Source: Actinomycetales bacterium (GTDB lineage Bacteria > Actinomycetota > Actinomycetes > S36-B12 > UBA5976). Taken from it: a DNA stretch of 64,000 nucleotides. How positions within the stretch are numbered: the stretch's first letter is position 1; each line of letters begins with the position of its first letter. The position numbers were made by a program, and so were the translations under genes. The notes under the pieces were generated by a model. That model searched no databases and was not told the DNA's origin. It was given only the letters and a program-made list of their open reading frames with translations. Positions 56,219 to 64,000 of the stretch are shown piece after piece. The stretch covers positions 77,921-141,920 of the forward strand of contig JAGWXT010000004.1 in assembly GCA_018969715.1 (NCBI GenBank), written 5' to 3'.

Positions 56219-58207
56219 GTGGCAGCCCTCTTCAGACGGATCGACCGCATCGTCGTCACCCTCGACCCCCGCACGGAGCGGATGGCCCGCCGCGGTGGCG
56301 GCCGGGTCTACTTCCTGCACGCGGACTCGCAGTGTCAGGCCGTTGCGGGACCGCAGCCATCGGGGTGCGTGCCGATCGACCTCGAGCACACCGCACTGCC
56401 GGAATCAGCCGGCCGCAGCATCTGGGGGTCCCGGGCAGAGCTCAGCGCGATCCTTGATGACCTTGACGCCACCGGGTTGGGTGACCGCTGCGCCGATGCC
56501 ACCGCGGCGATCATCCGCCGCGAGCGTCGGATACCCCTGGTTGCCGAGGCGGTGACAGGTCCATGGCTGCGCGGGTGGCTCCATGAGCAGGTCGCCCTGG
56601 CCTGGAGCACGCTGGCACCGATCGCCCTGTGGTGGGGTGCTCATCACCGGGCGGAACCTGTCGGGTCCGGCCGCGCAGCAGCGCCCCGGGTGGCCATCTG
56701 GGTGTCGGGGACATGGCAGGCCCGATGTGTGCAACCCCTGTTCGGCCCCGGCGTCCGGGCGCGCGTCTGGCCGGTGCGGCTCGCCCGAATGTGGGGACTG
56801 CTCGCCGCCCTGCGGCGTCGCTTGGTCCCGGCAGTCGCGTCCCGGGCCCAATCCCCGGCCCCATCCCCGGCCCCATCCCCGGCCCCATCGCCGGCCCAAT
56901 CGCCGGCCCAATCCCCGGCCCCATCGCCGGCAGCGGCGTCCGACCCGCGGGCACGATGGTCGGACGCTGAGGTCCTATTCCTCCCGCATCGGGGGCTGAG
57001 CTACGGGTCGCTGTTCGCCTTCGACCAGTTCTTCTCCGACGATCCGACCAGCCCACTGCACCCCAGCCGGATGGCGTTCGTCTCCTATGACCCCGATTCC
57101 CTGCGGCAGCCCTCCGAGCAGCCCATGGCAGCCCTGCCGCAGCCCTCAACCGCCGCGACCGTCGGTCGGCTGATGCAGATCCTCGCGAGAGCCCTCGGCA
57201 CGCCGACGCGCTGGCCGCGGCCGCGCAGCTGGACCGCGCTGGCCGCGATGGCGAGCGTCAGCGCACGCGCCCTCGCCTACGCCCCCGTCCTGCGTCGGGC
57301 CTTCCCCGCGGCGCGCGTTGCGGTGGCCGGGTACGGCGACCTCGTGCCCCCGGTGGTCGCACTGGGGCTGGCGATCGCCGGCATCCGACTGGTCACCTGC
57401 CAGGAGCGGGCCAACCTGGCCTTCCTCGATGCGTTGGGAACCCGTGCGGACACCCTGCTGGCCATCAGTGAGACCCTCGGCGCGGCTCTGCTCACGAAAC
57501 CGTCGACGAGCGTCCGCCATGCCGTGCCCGTGGGGATGTGGCGAACCGATGTCCTGCTGGCGCGCCGCGCGAGCACGCCGCCGCCCGTCGAGGCGCGACC
57601 GCCACACTCCGTGCGGATCGTCGCCCTGCCCTTCCACGCAGCAGCCTCCCAGGCCGACTCGCGGGCGACCATCTTCACCTCGTGGACGTCGGTCAGTCAC
57701 TTCATCGACGGGGTCTGCGGGGTTGCCGACGCCCATCCGACGGCGCGGGTCACCATTCGCAGCAAGTCCATGACCCCGGGGGTGGGCCCACCGCTTGCCC
57801 AGACGTGGCAGCGGGTTGAGGACCACGCACGCGTGGCGGTCGATCGGGACTACGCCACCCCCTACCGCAGCTACCACCTGTGCGCCGAGGCCGACCTCGT
57901 CATCGCGAAGTACACCTCCCTCGCCGATGAGTGCCTCGCCGTCGGCGTCCCCGTGCTTCTCCACGACTTCAGCCATCAGCACGCGGCCTTCGCCTCGGGG
58001 ATCTACGACTACCTGCCGGACCGGCTGTGGGTGCATAGCGATGCCGAACTGCATGAGCGCGTCGACTGGGTACTCGCCGATGGCGGCGCGGACTTCCGAG
58101 CGTGGTGGGAGCCCCATCGCCGGCGCATCTACGGGGACTGGAACGATGGCCAGGTGCGTGCACGTCTTCGCCGGCATGTCCTGGCCCTCCTGCAGGGGCG
58201 GCAATGA
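56219..58207 (+). CDS. hypothetical protein, putative surface-carbohydrate glycosyltransferase-like
   Basis: Long ORF placed tightly between neighbours (stop overlaps the msrB ATG). The C-terminal half reads like a GT-B Rossmann domain (CQER, VGMWRTD, VTIRSK, ADLVIAKYTSLADECLAVGVPVLLHD). Confidence 0.55.
   Translation: MAALFRRIDRIVVTLDPRTERMARRGGGRVYFLHADSQCQAVAGPQPSGCVPIDLEHTALPESAGRSIWGSRAELSAILDDLDATGLGDRCADATAAIIRRERRIPLVAEAVTGPWLRGWLHEQVALAWSTLAPIALWWGAHHRAEPVGSGRAAAPRVAIWVSGTWQARCVQPLFGPGVRARVWPVRLARMWGLLAALRRRLVPAVASRAQSPAPSPAPSPAPSPAQSPAQSPAPSPAAASDPRARWSDAEVLFLPHRGLSYGSLFAFDQFFSDDPTSPLHPSRMAFVSYDPDSLRQPSEQPMAALPQPSTAATVGRLMQILARALGTPTRWPRPRSWTALAAMASVSARALAYAPVLRRAFPAARVAVAGYGDLVPPVVALGLAIAGIRLVTCQERANLAFLDALGTRADTLLAISETLGAALLTKPSTSVRHAVPVGMWRTDVLLARRASTPPPVEARPPHSVRIVALPFHAAASQADSRATIFTSWTSVSHFIDGVCGVADAHPTARVTIRSKSMTPGVGPPLAQTWQRVEDHARVAVDRDYATPYRSYHLCAEADLVIAKYTSLADECLAVGVPVLLHDFSHQHAAFASGIYDYLPDRLWVHSDAELHERVDWVLADGGADFRAWWEPHRRRIYGDWNDGQVRARLRRHVLALLQGRQ
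56845..56928 (+). repeat. 7 x 12-bp in-frame coding repeat (A[PQ]SP)n
   Basis: GGCCC(C/A)ATC(C/G)CC x7. Confidence 0.92.
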
Positions 58208-58647
58208 GCGGGGACGGCCAGATGATGCCCCGGGTCGACCCCGCCGGCCAGCCCTATCCGCGCCTGCAACCGGAGGCGGACTGGCGGAGCGAACTGGACG
58301 GGTTGGCCTATGCAGTGCTGCGGCGGGGTGCGACCGAGCCGCCCTGGTCGGCCGATCTGCCGGCTCCGTCCGCGCACGTGACCTATTCGTGTCGCGCGTG
58401 CGGGCTTGACCTGTTCACCAGCGGCGAGCGATTCGACTCGCACTGCGGGTGGCCGGCGTTCTATCGACCGCTCGCCGGCGACCGCGTGGTGGAGCTCACG
58501 GACCGGTCACTGGGGATGGTGCGCACCGAGGTGCGGTGTGCCGGGTGCGGCTCCCATCTGGGGCATGTCTTCGCAGGTGAGGGCTACGCCACGCCCACCG
58601 ACCTGCGCTACTGCATCAACGGGGTCTGCCTGCGCCCGGCCGATTGA
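58204..58647 (+). CDS. msrB: peptide-methionine (R)-S-oxide reductase
   Basis: TE, CRAC, FDSHCGWPAF, RTEVRC..CGSHLGHVF, RYCING motifs. Confidence 0.93.
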   Translation: MSGDGQMMPRVDPAGQPYPRLQPEADWRSELDGLAYAVLRRGATEPPWSADLPAPSAHVTYSCRACGLDLFTSGERFDSHCGWPAFYRPLAGDRVVELTDRSLGMVRTEVRCAGCGSHLGHVFAGEGYATPTDLRYCINGVCLRPAD

Positions 58648-58775
58648 CTCCCCGAGGGGAGCACTGCCCACGCCGTGCCCACACCCTGCGGCACAAAGCC
58701 GGTGGGCGCGGTGGCCGGCGAGGCGGCCCGGCGAGGCGGCTCGGCGGCCCCCGCCACCACACCTATCGTGGCTGG

Positions 58776-59339
58776 ATGGCTGCACCGGCGACATCCCCGC
58801 TCGACGTCCGCCTGCACGCGATGGCCGTCTGCCTGCACCGGGTCAGCCTCCACCCGGACTTCACCCTGATCGACATCCCCGCCCCGGTGCGGGTGAGCCC
58901 CCATGCCACCGCGATCTCCGCTGAGACCGCCGATCGCACCGTGTCCGGTGAGCTGATCGCCCTGCTCGACCCACGCCACCGCCTCGAATGGGCCGGGGAC
59001 ATCCGCCTCATCGCGCACGTCCGAGCCGCAATCGAGCCGGAGATCGCCACCGACCCGTGCGCACCCGAGATCGGCTGGTCCTGGCTGGTCGACGCCCTGC
59101 CAGCCGCCGACAGCACCGTCGAGCGGCTGGCGGGGACGATCACCATCTCCCGATCGGTCCCCTTCGGCGCGCTCGCCGATCGACCGCTTGAGCACACGAT
59201 GGAGATCCGCGCATCGTGGACAGCGCTGGACGATGACCTGACCGCGCACACCTCGGCCTGGGCGCGCCTGCTCTGCTCCGCAGGCGGCCTGCCCCCGGCT
59301 GACAACCCGGCCCTGCGTCCCCTCAGGCGAGGCCGGTGA
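58776..59339 (+). CDS. DUF3000 family protein
   Basis: IPAPVRVSPH, WAG..R, EIGWSWL, GTIT, EIRASWT; upstream of rnd. Confidence 0.85.
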   Translation: MAAPATSPLDVRLHAMAVCLHRVSLHPDFTLIDIPAPVRVSPHATAISAETADRTVSGELIALLDPRHRLEWAGDIRLIAHVRAAIEPEIATDPCAPEIGWSWLVDALPAADSTVERLAGTITISRSVPFGALADRPLEHTMEIRASWTALDDDLTAHTSAWARLLCSAGGLPPADNPALRPLRRGR

Positions 59340-60742
59340 GCGGCTCCTCCCCTTCCCGGACCGCCGGGGCGGCCCCGACCACCGTCCCCATCCCGTCACC
59401 ACCGCCCACACCGGCGGATCACGAGGCGGCGGCCCCCCGAACCCCAGCCCCCGATGCCGAGGAACTGCCGCTGTGCGAGCGGCCCGCGACCCCGGTCAGT
59501 CCCCCGGCATCCGATCTGCTGACCCTGCAGGCGACGATCGCCGCCCTGCGGCGGGGCAGCGGACCGATTGCCCTCGACACCGAACGCGCCTCGGGTTTTC
59601 GGTACGACCAGCGCGCCTACCTGCTCCAATTCCGCCGAGCGGGTGCGGGGACCCAGCTGGTGGATCCCCTCGCCTTCCAGCCAACACCAGTCGCGGACGG
59701 TACGGCCGAACCCACCGCCGGCACCAGTGCGCAGGCAACTGCGGCGTGTGCTGCCGCACTCGCCGAGGCCGAGTGGGTGCTGCACGCCGCCCGTCAGGAC
59801 CTCCCCTGCCTTGTGCACCTGGGACTGGTGCCCGTCCGGCTGTTCGACACTGAGCTCGCCGCTCGGCTGCTGAACCGCCCGAGGGTGGGCCTGGCGCACC
59901 TGGTGGCCGCCGAGTTCGGCCTCCGCCTGGCCAAGGAGCACTCTGCCGCCGACTGGTCCACTCGGCCGATCCCCCCGCAATGGCTGGATTACGCAGCCCT
60001 TGACGTGGAGTTCCTGCTGCCCCTGCGCGACATCCTCGAGTCCGAGTTGCGCGAGCAGGGCCGATGGCCGTGGGCGATGGAGGAGTTCGCGGCCATCGTC
60101 GAGGAGGCGCAGCACCTGGCCCGGACGGGGCCACCGCCGCCGCCGGCCGATGCCTGGCGGCGAACGGGCGGAATCCATCGCGTGCGTTCAGCCCGCGGGA
60201 TGGCGACAGTTCGGCAGCTGTGGCGGACCCGCGACCGCATCGCACGGGAACTCGACCTCGCACCCCATCGGGTACTCCCCGACGCCGCGATCATCGCCGC
60301 CGCGATGGAGCCACCGGCCGGCCGTGGGGGGCTCACCGCCATCCCCGGCTTCGCAACCCGCCGGGCCCGGGCACACGTGGCCGATTGGGCGGCGGCCATC
60401 GCCGATGCCCAGGCCATGCCCGACGAGGAACTCCCCCGACGGCAGCACGAGGATCCCGCGGACCCGCCACCAGCGCGACTGTGGCGGGATCGCGATCCGG
60501 TTGCCGCCGCTCGCCTCACCCGGGTGCGGACCGCTGTCGCCGCACATGCCGAGCACATCGGCGTGCCTGCGGAGAACCTCATCGCCCCCGAGTCGCTGCG
60601 CCGGATCTGCTGGCCACCGATCCCAGAGCCGGCCGATGAGTCGGCCGTCCGGGATGCCCTGCGCCGCTGCGGTGCTCGCACCTGGCAGTGCGACCTCGTC
60701 TCCGGGGTGATCGCCCGCTCCCTGCCACCGGAAGCGGCCTGA
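59336..60742 (+). CDS. rnd: ribonuclease D (3'-5' exonuclease + HRDC)
   Basis: ALDTERASGFRY, LHAARQDL, FDTELAAR, KEHSAADWS.RP, YAALDVE motifs. Confidence 0.92.
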   Translation: MSGSSPSRTAGAAPTTVPIPSPPPTPADHEAAAPRTPAPDAEELPLCERPATPVSPPASDLLTLQATIAALRRGSGPIALDTERASGFRYDQRAYLLQFRRAGAGTQLVDPLAFQPTPVADGTAEPTAGTSAQATAACAAALAEAEWVLHAARQDLPCLVHLGLVPVRLFDTELAARLLNRPRVGLAHLVAAEFGLRLAKEHSAADWSTRPIPPQWLDYAALDVEFLLPLRDILESELREQGRWPWAMEEFAAIVEEAQHLARTGPPPPPADAWRRTGGIHRVRSARGMATVRQLWRTRDRIARELDLAPHRVLPDAAIIAAAMEPPAGRGGLTAIPGFATRRARAHVADWAAAIADAQAMPDEELPRRQHEDPADPPPARLWRDRDPVAAARLTRVRTAVAAHAEHIGVPAENLIAPESLRRICWPPIPEPADESAVRDALRRCGARTWQCDLVSGVIARSLPPEAA

Positions 60743-60748
60743 CCACCG

Positions 60749-60765
60749 CTACTGGCCAGTAGGCT
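60749..60765 (+). promoter_or_regulatory. 14-bp palindrome overlapping a TAGGCT -10 upstream of fadAB
   Basis: CTACTGGCCAGTAG (60749-60762) is a perfect palindrome; TAGGCT lies at 60760-60765. Confidence 0.5.
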
Positions 60766-60923
60766 TATGTGGCGGCCTGCTGCCGCGGGCACCGGACTCC
60801 TCCGGAGCCACTCCACGGCACCACCCCCGACCCGTCCCGAGCCGCCGTCCCGACGCACCAGCCCGCACCAGCCCGCACCACAACCCGAGCCGCCGTCCCG
60901 AGGCACCAACCCGAGGAGGACTG

Positions 60924-62192
60924 ATGACCCTCACCGCCGACACCGCACCCGCTGTGCCCCGCACCAATCGCTCCCTTGCCTCGGTGGTCTTCGTGGACGG
61001 GGTCCGCACCCCCTTCGGCAAGGCGGGCGGTGCCTACGCGGAGACCCGCGCCGATGACCTCGTCGTGCGGGTGATCCGCGAGCTGCTTCGCCGCAACCCC
61101 GGACTGGCTCCCGCCGAGGTCGATGATGTGGCGATCGCCGCGGCAACGCAGTCCGGGGATCAGGGGATGCTGCTGGGTCGCAGCGCAGCCCTCCTCGCCG
61201 GCCTGCCGGCGAGCGTGCCCGGGTACTCAATCGACCGCTGGTGCGCCGGGGCGATGACGGCGGTGACCACCGTGGCCGCGAGTGTCGCGGTCGGGACCAA
61301 TGACGTCGCCATCGCGGCGGGCGTGGAGCACATGGGTCGGCATCCCATCGGCGATGGCCTCGATCCCAATCCCCGGTTCCTCGCTGAACGCCTCGTCGAC
61401 CCCGCCGCCCTCTCCATGGGGGCGACGGCGGAGAACCTGCACGACCAGTTCCCCGCCCTGACCAAGCAGCGGGCGGATGCCTACGCGGCAGCCAGCCAGC
61501 ACCGCACGGCCAAGGCCTATGCCAACGGCCTCATCCAGCCCGACCTCGTGCCGATGGCGACCCGCAGTGCCGAGCACGGCTGGGGCCTGCTCACCGTCGA
61601 CGAGCCCCCGCGACCGGATACGACCATCGAGGGCCTCGCGAAACTGCGCACGCCCTTCCGGCCCTACGGTCGGGTGACGGCCGGCAACTCCTCGGGCCTG
61701 AACGACGGCGCGACCGGCGCGATCATCGCGGCCGAGGACGTCGCCATCGCCCACGGCCTCCCGCGGAAGATGCGCATGGTCACCTACGCCTTCGCCGGAG
61801 TCGGCCCAGAGGTCATGGGCTATGGGCCAGTACCGTCGACCCAGAAGGCCCTCGACCACTGTGGGCTCACCATCGACCAGATCGGCCTGATCGAGATCAA
61901 CGAGGCCTTCGCGGTTCAGGTGCTCGCATTTCTCGACCACTTCGGCATCGCCGACGACGATGAGCGAGTCAATCCCATGGGCGGGGCGATCGCGGTCGGC
62001 CACCCACTGGCCAGCAGCGGGATTCGCCTGATGATCAACCTCGCTCGCAGCTTCGAGCGGCACCCCGAGGTGCGCTACGGGTTGACGACGATGTGCATCG
62101 GACTGGGCATGGGCGGCACTGTCATCTGGGAGAACCCCCACCATCCGGACTACCGGCCCGCCCTCGATGGCAGCCTGGCCGGTGCCGCATGA
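60924..62192 (+). CDS. fadA: acetyl-CoA acyltransferase (thiolase)
   Basis: RTPFGK, IDRWCAG, GNSSGLNDGA, EINEAFA, GGAIAVGHPL, MCIGLGMG motifs. Confidence 0.94.
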   Translation: MTLTADTAPAVPRTNRSLASVVFVDGVRTPFGKAGGAYAETRADDLVVRVIRELLRRNPGLAPAEVDDVAIAAATQSGDQGMLLGRSAALLAGLPASVPGYSIDRWCAGAMTAVTTVAASVAVGTNDVAIAAGVEHMGRHPIGDGLDPNPRFLAERLVDPAALSMGATAENLHDQFPALTKQRADAYAAASQHRTAKAYANGLIQPDLVPMATRSAEHGWGLLTVDEPPRPDTTIEGLAKLRTPFRPYGRVTAGNSSGLNDGATGAIIAAEDVAIAHGLPRKMRMVTYAFAGVGPEVMGYGPVPSTQKALDHCGLTIDQIGLIEINEAFAVQVLAFLDHFGIADDDERVNPMGGAIAVGHPLASSGIRLMINLARSFERHPEVRYGLTTMCIGLGMGGTVIWENPHHPDYRPALDGSLAGAA

Positions 62193-64000
62193 GCGCACAT
62201 GTCACGGTGCCGCCCTTCCCCGGGGAGGTCGTCACGCAGGCGCACGTTCGCATCATCGACCTGCCCGGCGCCGGTCCGGCGGCGCTCATCACGCTGGACA
62301 ACGGGGAGGACCACTCCCGGCCCAGCACCTTGGGGCCGGCGGGACTGGCCGCACTCGACGCCGCCATCGATGAGGTGGCCGCCACCTCCGGACTGGTGGC
62401 AGTGGCGATCACCGGCAAACCGTTCTGCTTCCTCGTCGGAGCCGACCTCACCGGAATCGGGCATGTCACCGAACGCGGGGCAGCGCTGGCAATGGCCCGC
62501 AGTGGGCATGCGGTGTTCCAGCGCCTCACCGGGTTGGGCATGCCCTCATTCGCCTTCATCAACGGTGCGGCAATGGGCGGGGGGCTGGAAGTCGCCCTGC
62601 ACTGCGACTACCGGACGATCTCGCGGGGGCCGGGCATGATCGGGCTGCCCGAGGTCTTCCTCGGCCTTGTCCCAGGGTGGGGCGGGGCCTACCTGCTGCC
62701 GTCGCTCATCGGCGCGCGTGCTGCCTGCGAGGTGATCATCCGCAACCCGCTCAACCAGAATCGACTCCTCAAGCCCGAGCAGGCACTCGGCCTGGGAGTC
62801 GTCGACGTCGCCTTTGATGCAGCGGACTTCCTGGAGGAGTCGCTGCGGTGGGCGGCAGGGGTCGTCCGCGGGGACATCGAGGTTCACCGCGCCGAGGTCG
62901 ACCGCGGGCCCGCCTGGCAGGAGGCCGTCGCCGAGGCGCGCCAGTGGGCAGCGGCACGCACCCACGGCGCCACCCCAGCCCCGGATCGCGCCTGCGATCT
63001 CATCGAGGCCGCCGCCTCGGCCGACCGGGATGCGGCCTTCGCCGCCGAGGATGAGGCGCTCGCCGATCTCGTCATGGGCGATGAGCTGCGCGCAAGCCTC
63101 TACTCATTCGACCTCGTCCAGCGAAGGGCCAAGCGGCCACGCGGGGTCCCGGACGCGGCCCTCGCCCGGCGGGTCACGCGCATCGGGGTGGTGGGGGCGG
63201 GACTGATGGCGCGGCAACTGGCATGGCTGTTCCTGCAGCGGCTGGAGGTGCCCGTCCACATCACTGACCTTGATCAGGCACGACTGGATGCGGGCCTTGG
63301 CTGGGTGCGCGACCAGATCGCAGAGCAGGCTGGTCGCGGACGCCTCAGCGAGCGCGAGGCGAATCGACTGCGGGGGCTGCTGACCGGGTCGCTGTCGATT
63401 GCGGACTTTGCGGGCGCCGACCTGGTCATCGAGGCCGTTGCCGAGGAGATCGAAGTCAAGCAGCGCGTCTTCGCCGACCTTGAGCAGGTGGTCGAGCCGA
63501 CCGCGGTGCTGGCGACGAACACGTCATCGCTATCGGTCACCCGGATGACGGAAGGCCTGGCCAACCCGGAGCGGGTCGTCGGAATCCATTTCTTCAACCC
63601 GGTCGCGGTCATGCCACTGGTGGAGATCGCCCGCACCCCGAGCACAGATGAGGCGACGCTGGCAACGGCCTTCACGGTCGCGCGAGCCCTGAAGAAGAGC
63701 GCCATTCTGGTGAAGGATGCCCCGGCTTTCGTCGTCAACCGACTGCTGATGCGGTTCCTCGGCGAGATCATGCGTGCCGTGGACGAGGGAACCCCGGTGA
63801 ATGTGGCCGATCGCAGCCTGGACCCGCTGGGCCTGCCGATGACACCGGTCAACCTCATCGCGCTCGTCGGGCCGGGGGTCGCGTACCACGTCGCCGCGCA
63901 GATGCACTCGCAGTTCCCGGATCGGTTCTACCTGTCCGACAACCTGCGCCGGCTCGCCGAGTCGGGCCGCCCCTCCATCTACGACTGGTCCACGGGTGCC
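62189..64000 (+). CDS. fadB: enoyl-CoA hydratase / 3-hydroxyacyl-CoA dehydrogenase (runs past the window end)
   Basis: Absent from the ORF track because it has no stop in the window. ATG overlaps the fadA TGA; own translation gives GADL, GGGLEVALHC, LPEV.LG..PGWGG, GVVGAGLM, IEAV.E, TNTSS, HFFNPV. Confidence 0.92.
   Translation, partial: MSAHVTVPPFPGEVVTQAHVRIIDLPGAGPAALITLDNGEDHSRPSTLGPAGLAALDAAIDEVAATSGLVAVAITGKPFCFLVGADLTGIGHVTERGAALAMARSGHAVFQRLTGLGMPSFAFINGAAMGGGLEVALHCDYRTISRGPGMIGLPEVFLGLVPGWGGAYLLPSLIGARAACEVIIRNPLNQNRLLKPEQALGLGVVDVAFDAADFLEESLRWAAGVVRGDIEVHRAEVDRGPAWQEAVAEARQWAAARTHGATPAPDRACDLIEAAASADRDAAFAAEDEALADLVMGDELRASLYSFDLVQRRAKRPRGVPDAALARRVTRIGVVGAGLMARQLAWLFLQRLEVPVHITDLDQARLDAGLGWVRDQIAEQAGRGRLSEREANRLRGLLTGSLSIADFAGADLVIEAVAEEIEVKQRVFADLEQVVEPTAVLATNTSSLSVTRMTEGLANPERVVGIHFFNPVAVMPLVEIARTPSTDEATLATAFTVARALKKSAILVKDAPAFVVNRLLMRFLGEIMRAVDEGTPVNVADRSLDPLGLPMTPVNLIALVGPGVAYHVAAQMHSQFPDRFYLSDNLRRLAESGRPSIYDWSTGA

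Noticed and set aside
58204-58647. Selenocysteine or recoding in msrB
   Set aside because: The catalytic residue is a normal Cys codon and the ORF has no internal TGA.
62189-64000. Apparent gene-free or pseudogene region at the window end in the ORF track
   Set aside because: It is an intact fadB frame, omitted from the track only because its stop lies outside the window.

Overview
High-GC actinobacterial chromosome segment, mostly core genes. In order: carotenoid genes (crtI, crtB, two-subunit lycopene cyclase); class II DAHP synthase and pfkA; an ~11 kb accessory-looking block (CIRCE-preceded hsp20, glpK, ribBA, FMN reductase, a complete pseudaminic acid pathway pseBCGHI+pseF, acyl-CoA dehydrogenase); plsC/esterase; aroE-mltG-ruvX-alaS-rarA-aspS-hisS; ppi/DUF349; relA-secFD-yajC-ruvBAC; a divergent WS/DGAT; yebC-pdxTS; pimA-patA-pgsA-HIT-thrS; four tRNAs; a pabB/pabC-like pair; msrB-DUF3000-rnd; fadA-fadB. 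The most notable signal is a possible cell-envelope system. A secreted Ig-fold, S-layer-like gene with its own promoter, structured leader and strong hairpin splits the tRNA Gly/Cys/Val cluster. It lies next to a DUF218 gene and an unassigned glycosyltransferase-like ORF, while the pse pathway 40 kb away has no transferase or flagellin beside it. The window also shows many short tandem duplications and low-complexity insertions in housekeeping proteins. I found no integrase, transposase, CRISPR array or rRNA. All calls come from motif recognition by eye, and synteny comparisons are from memory. Some start codons were re-chosen relative to the ORF track.
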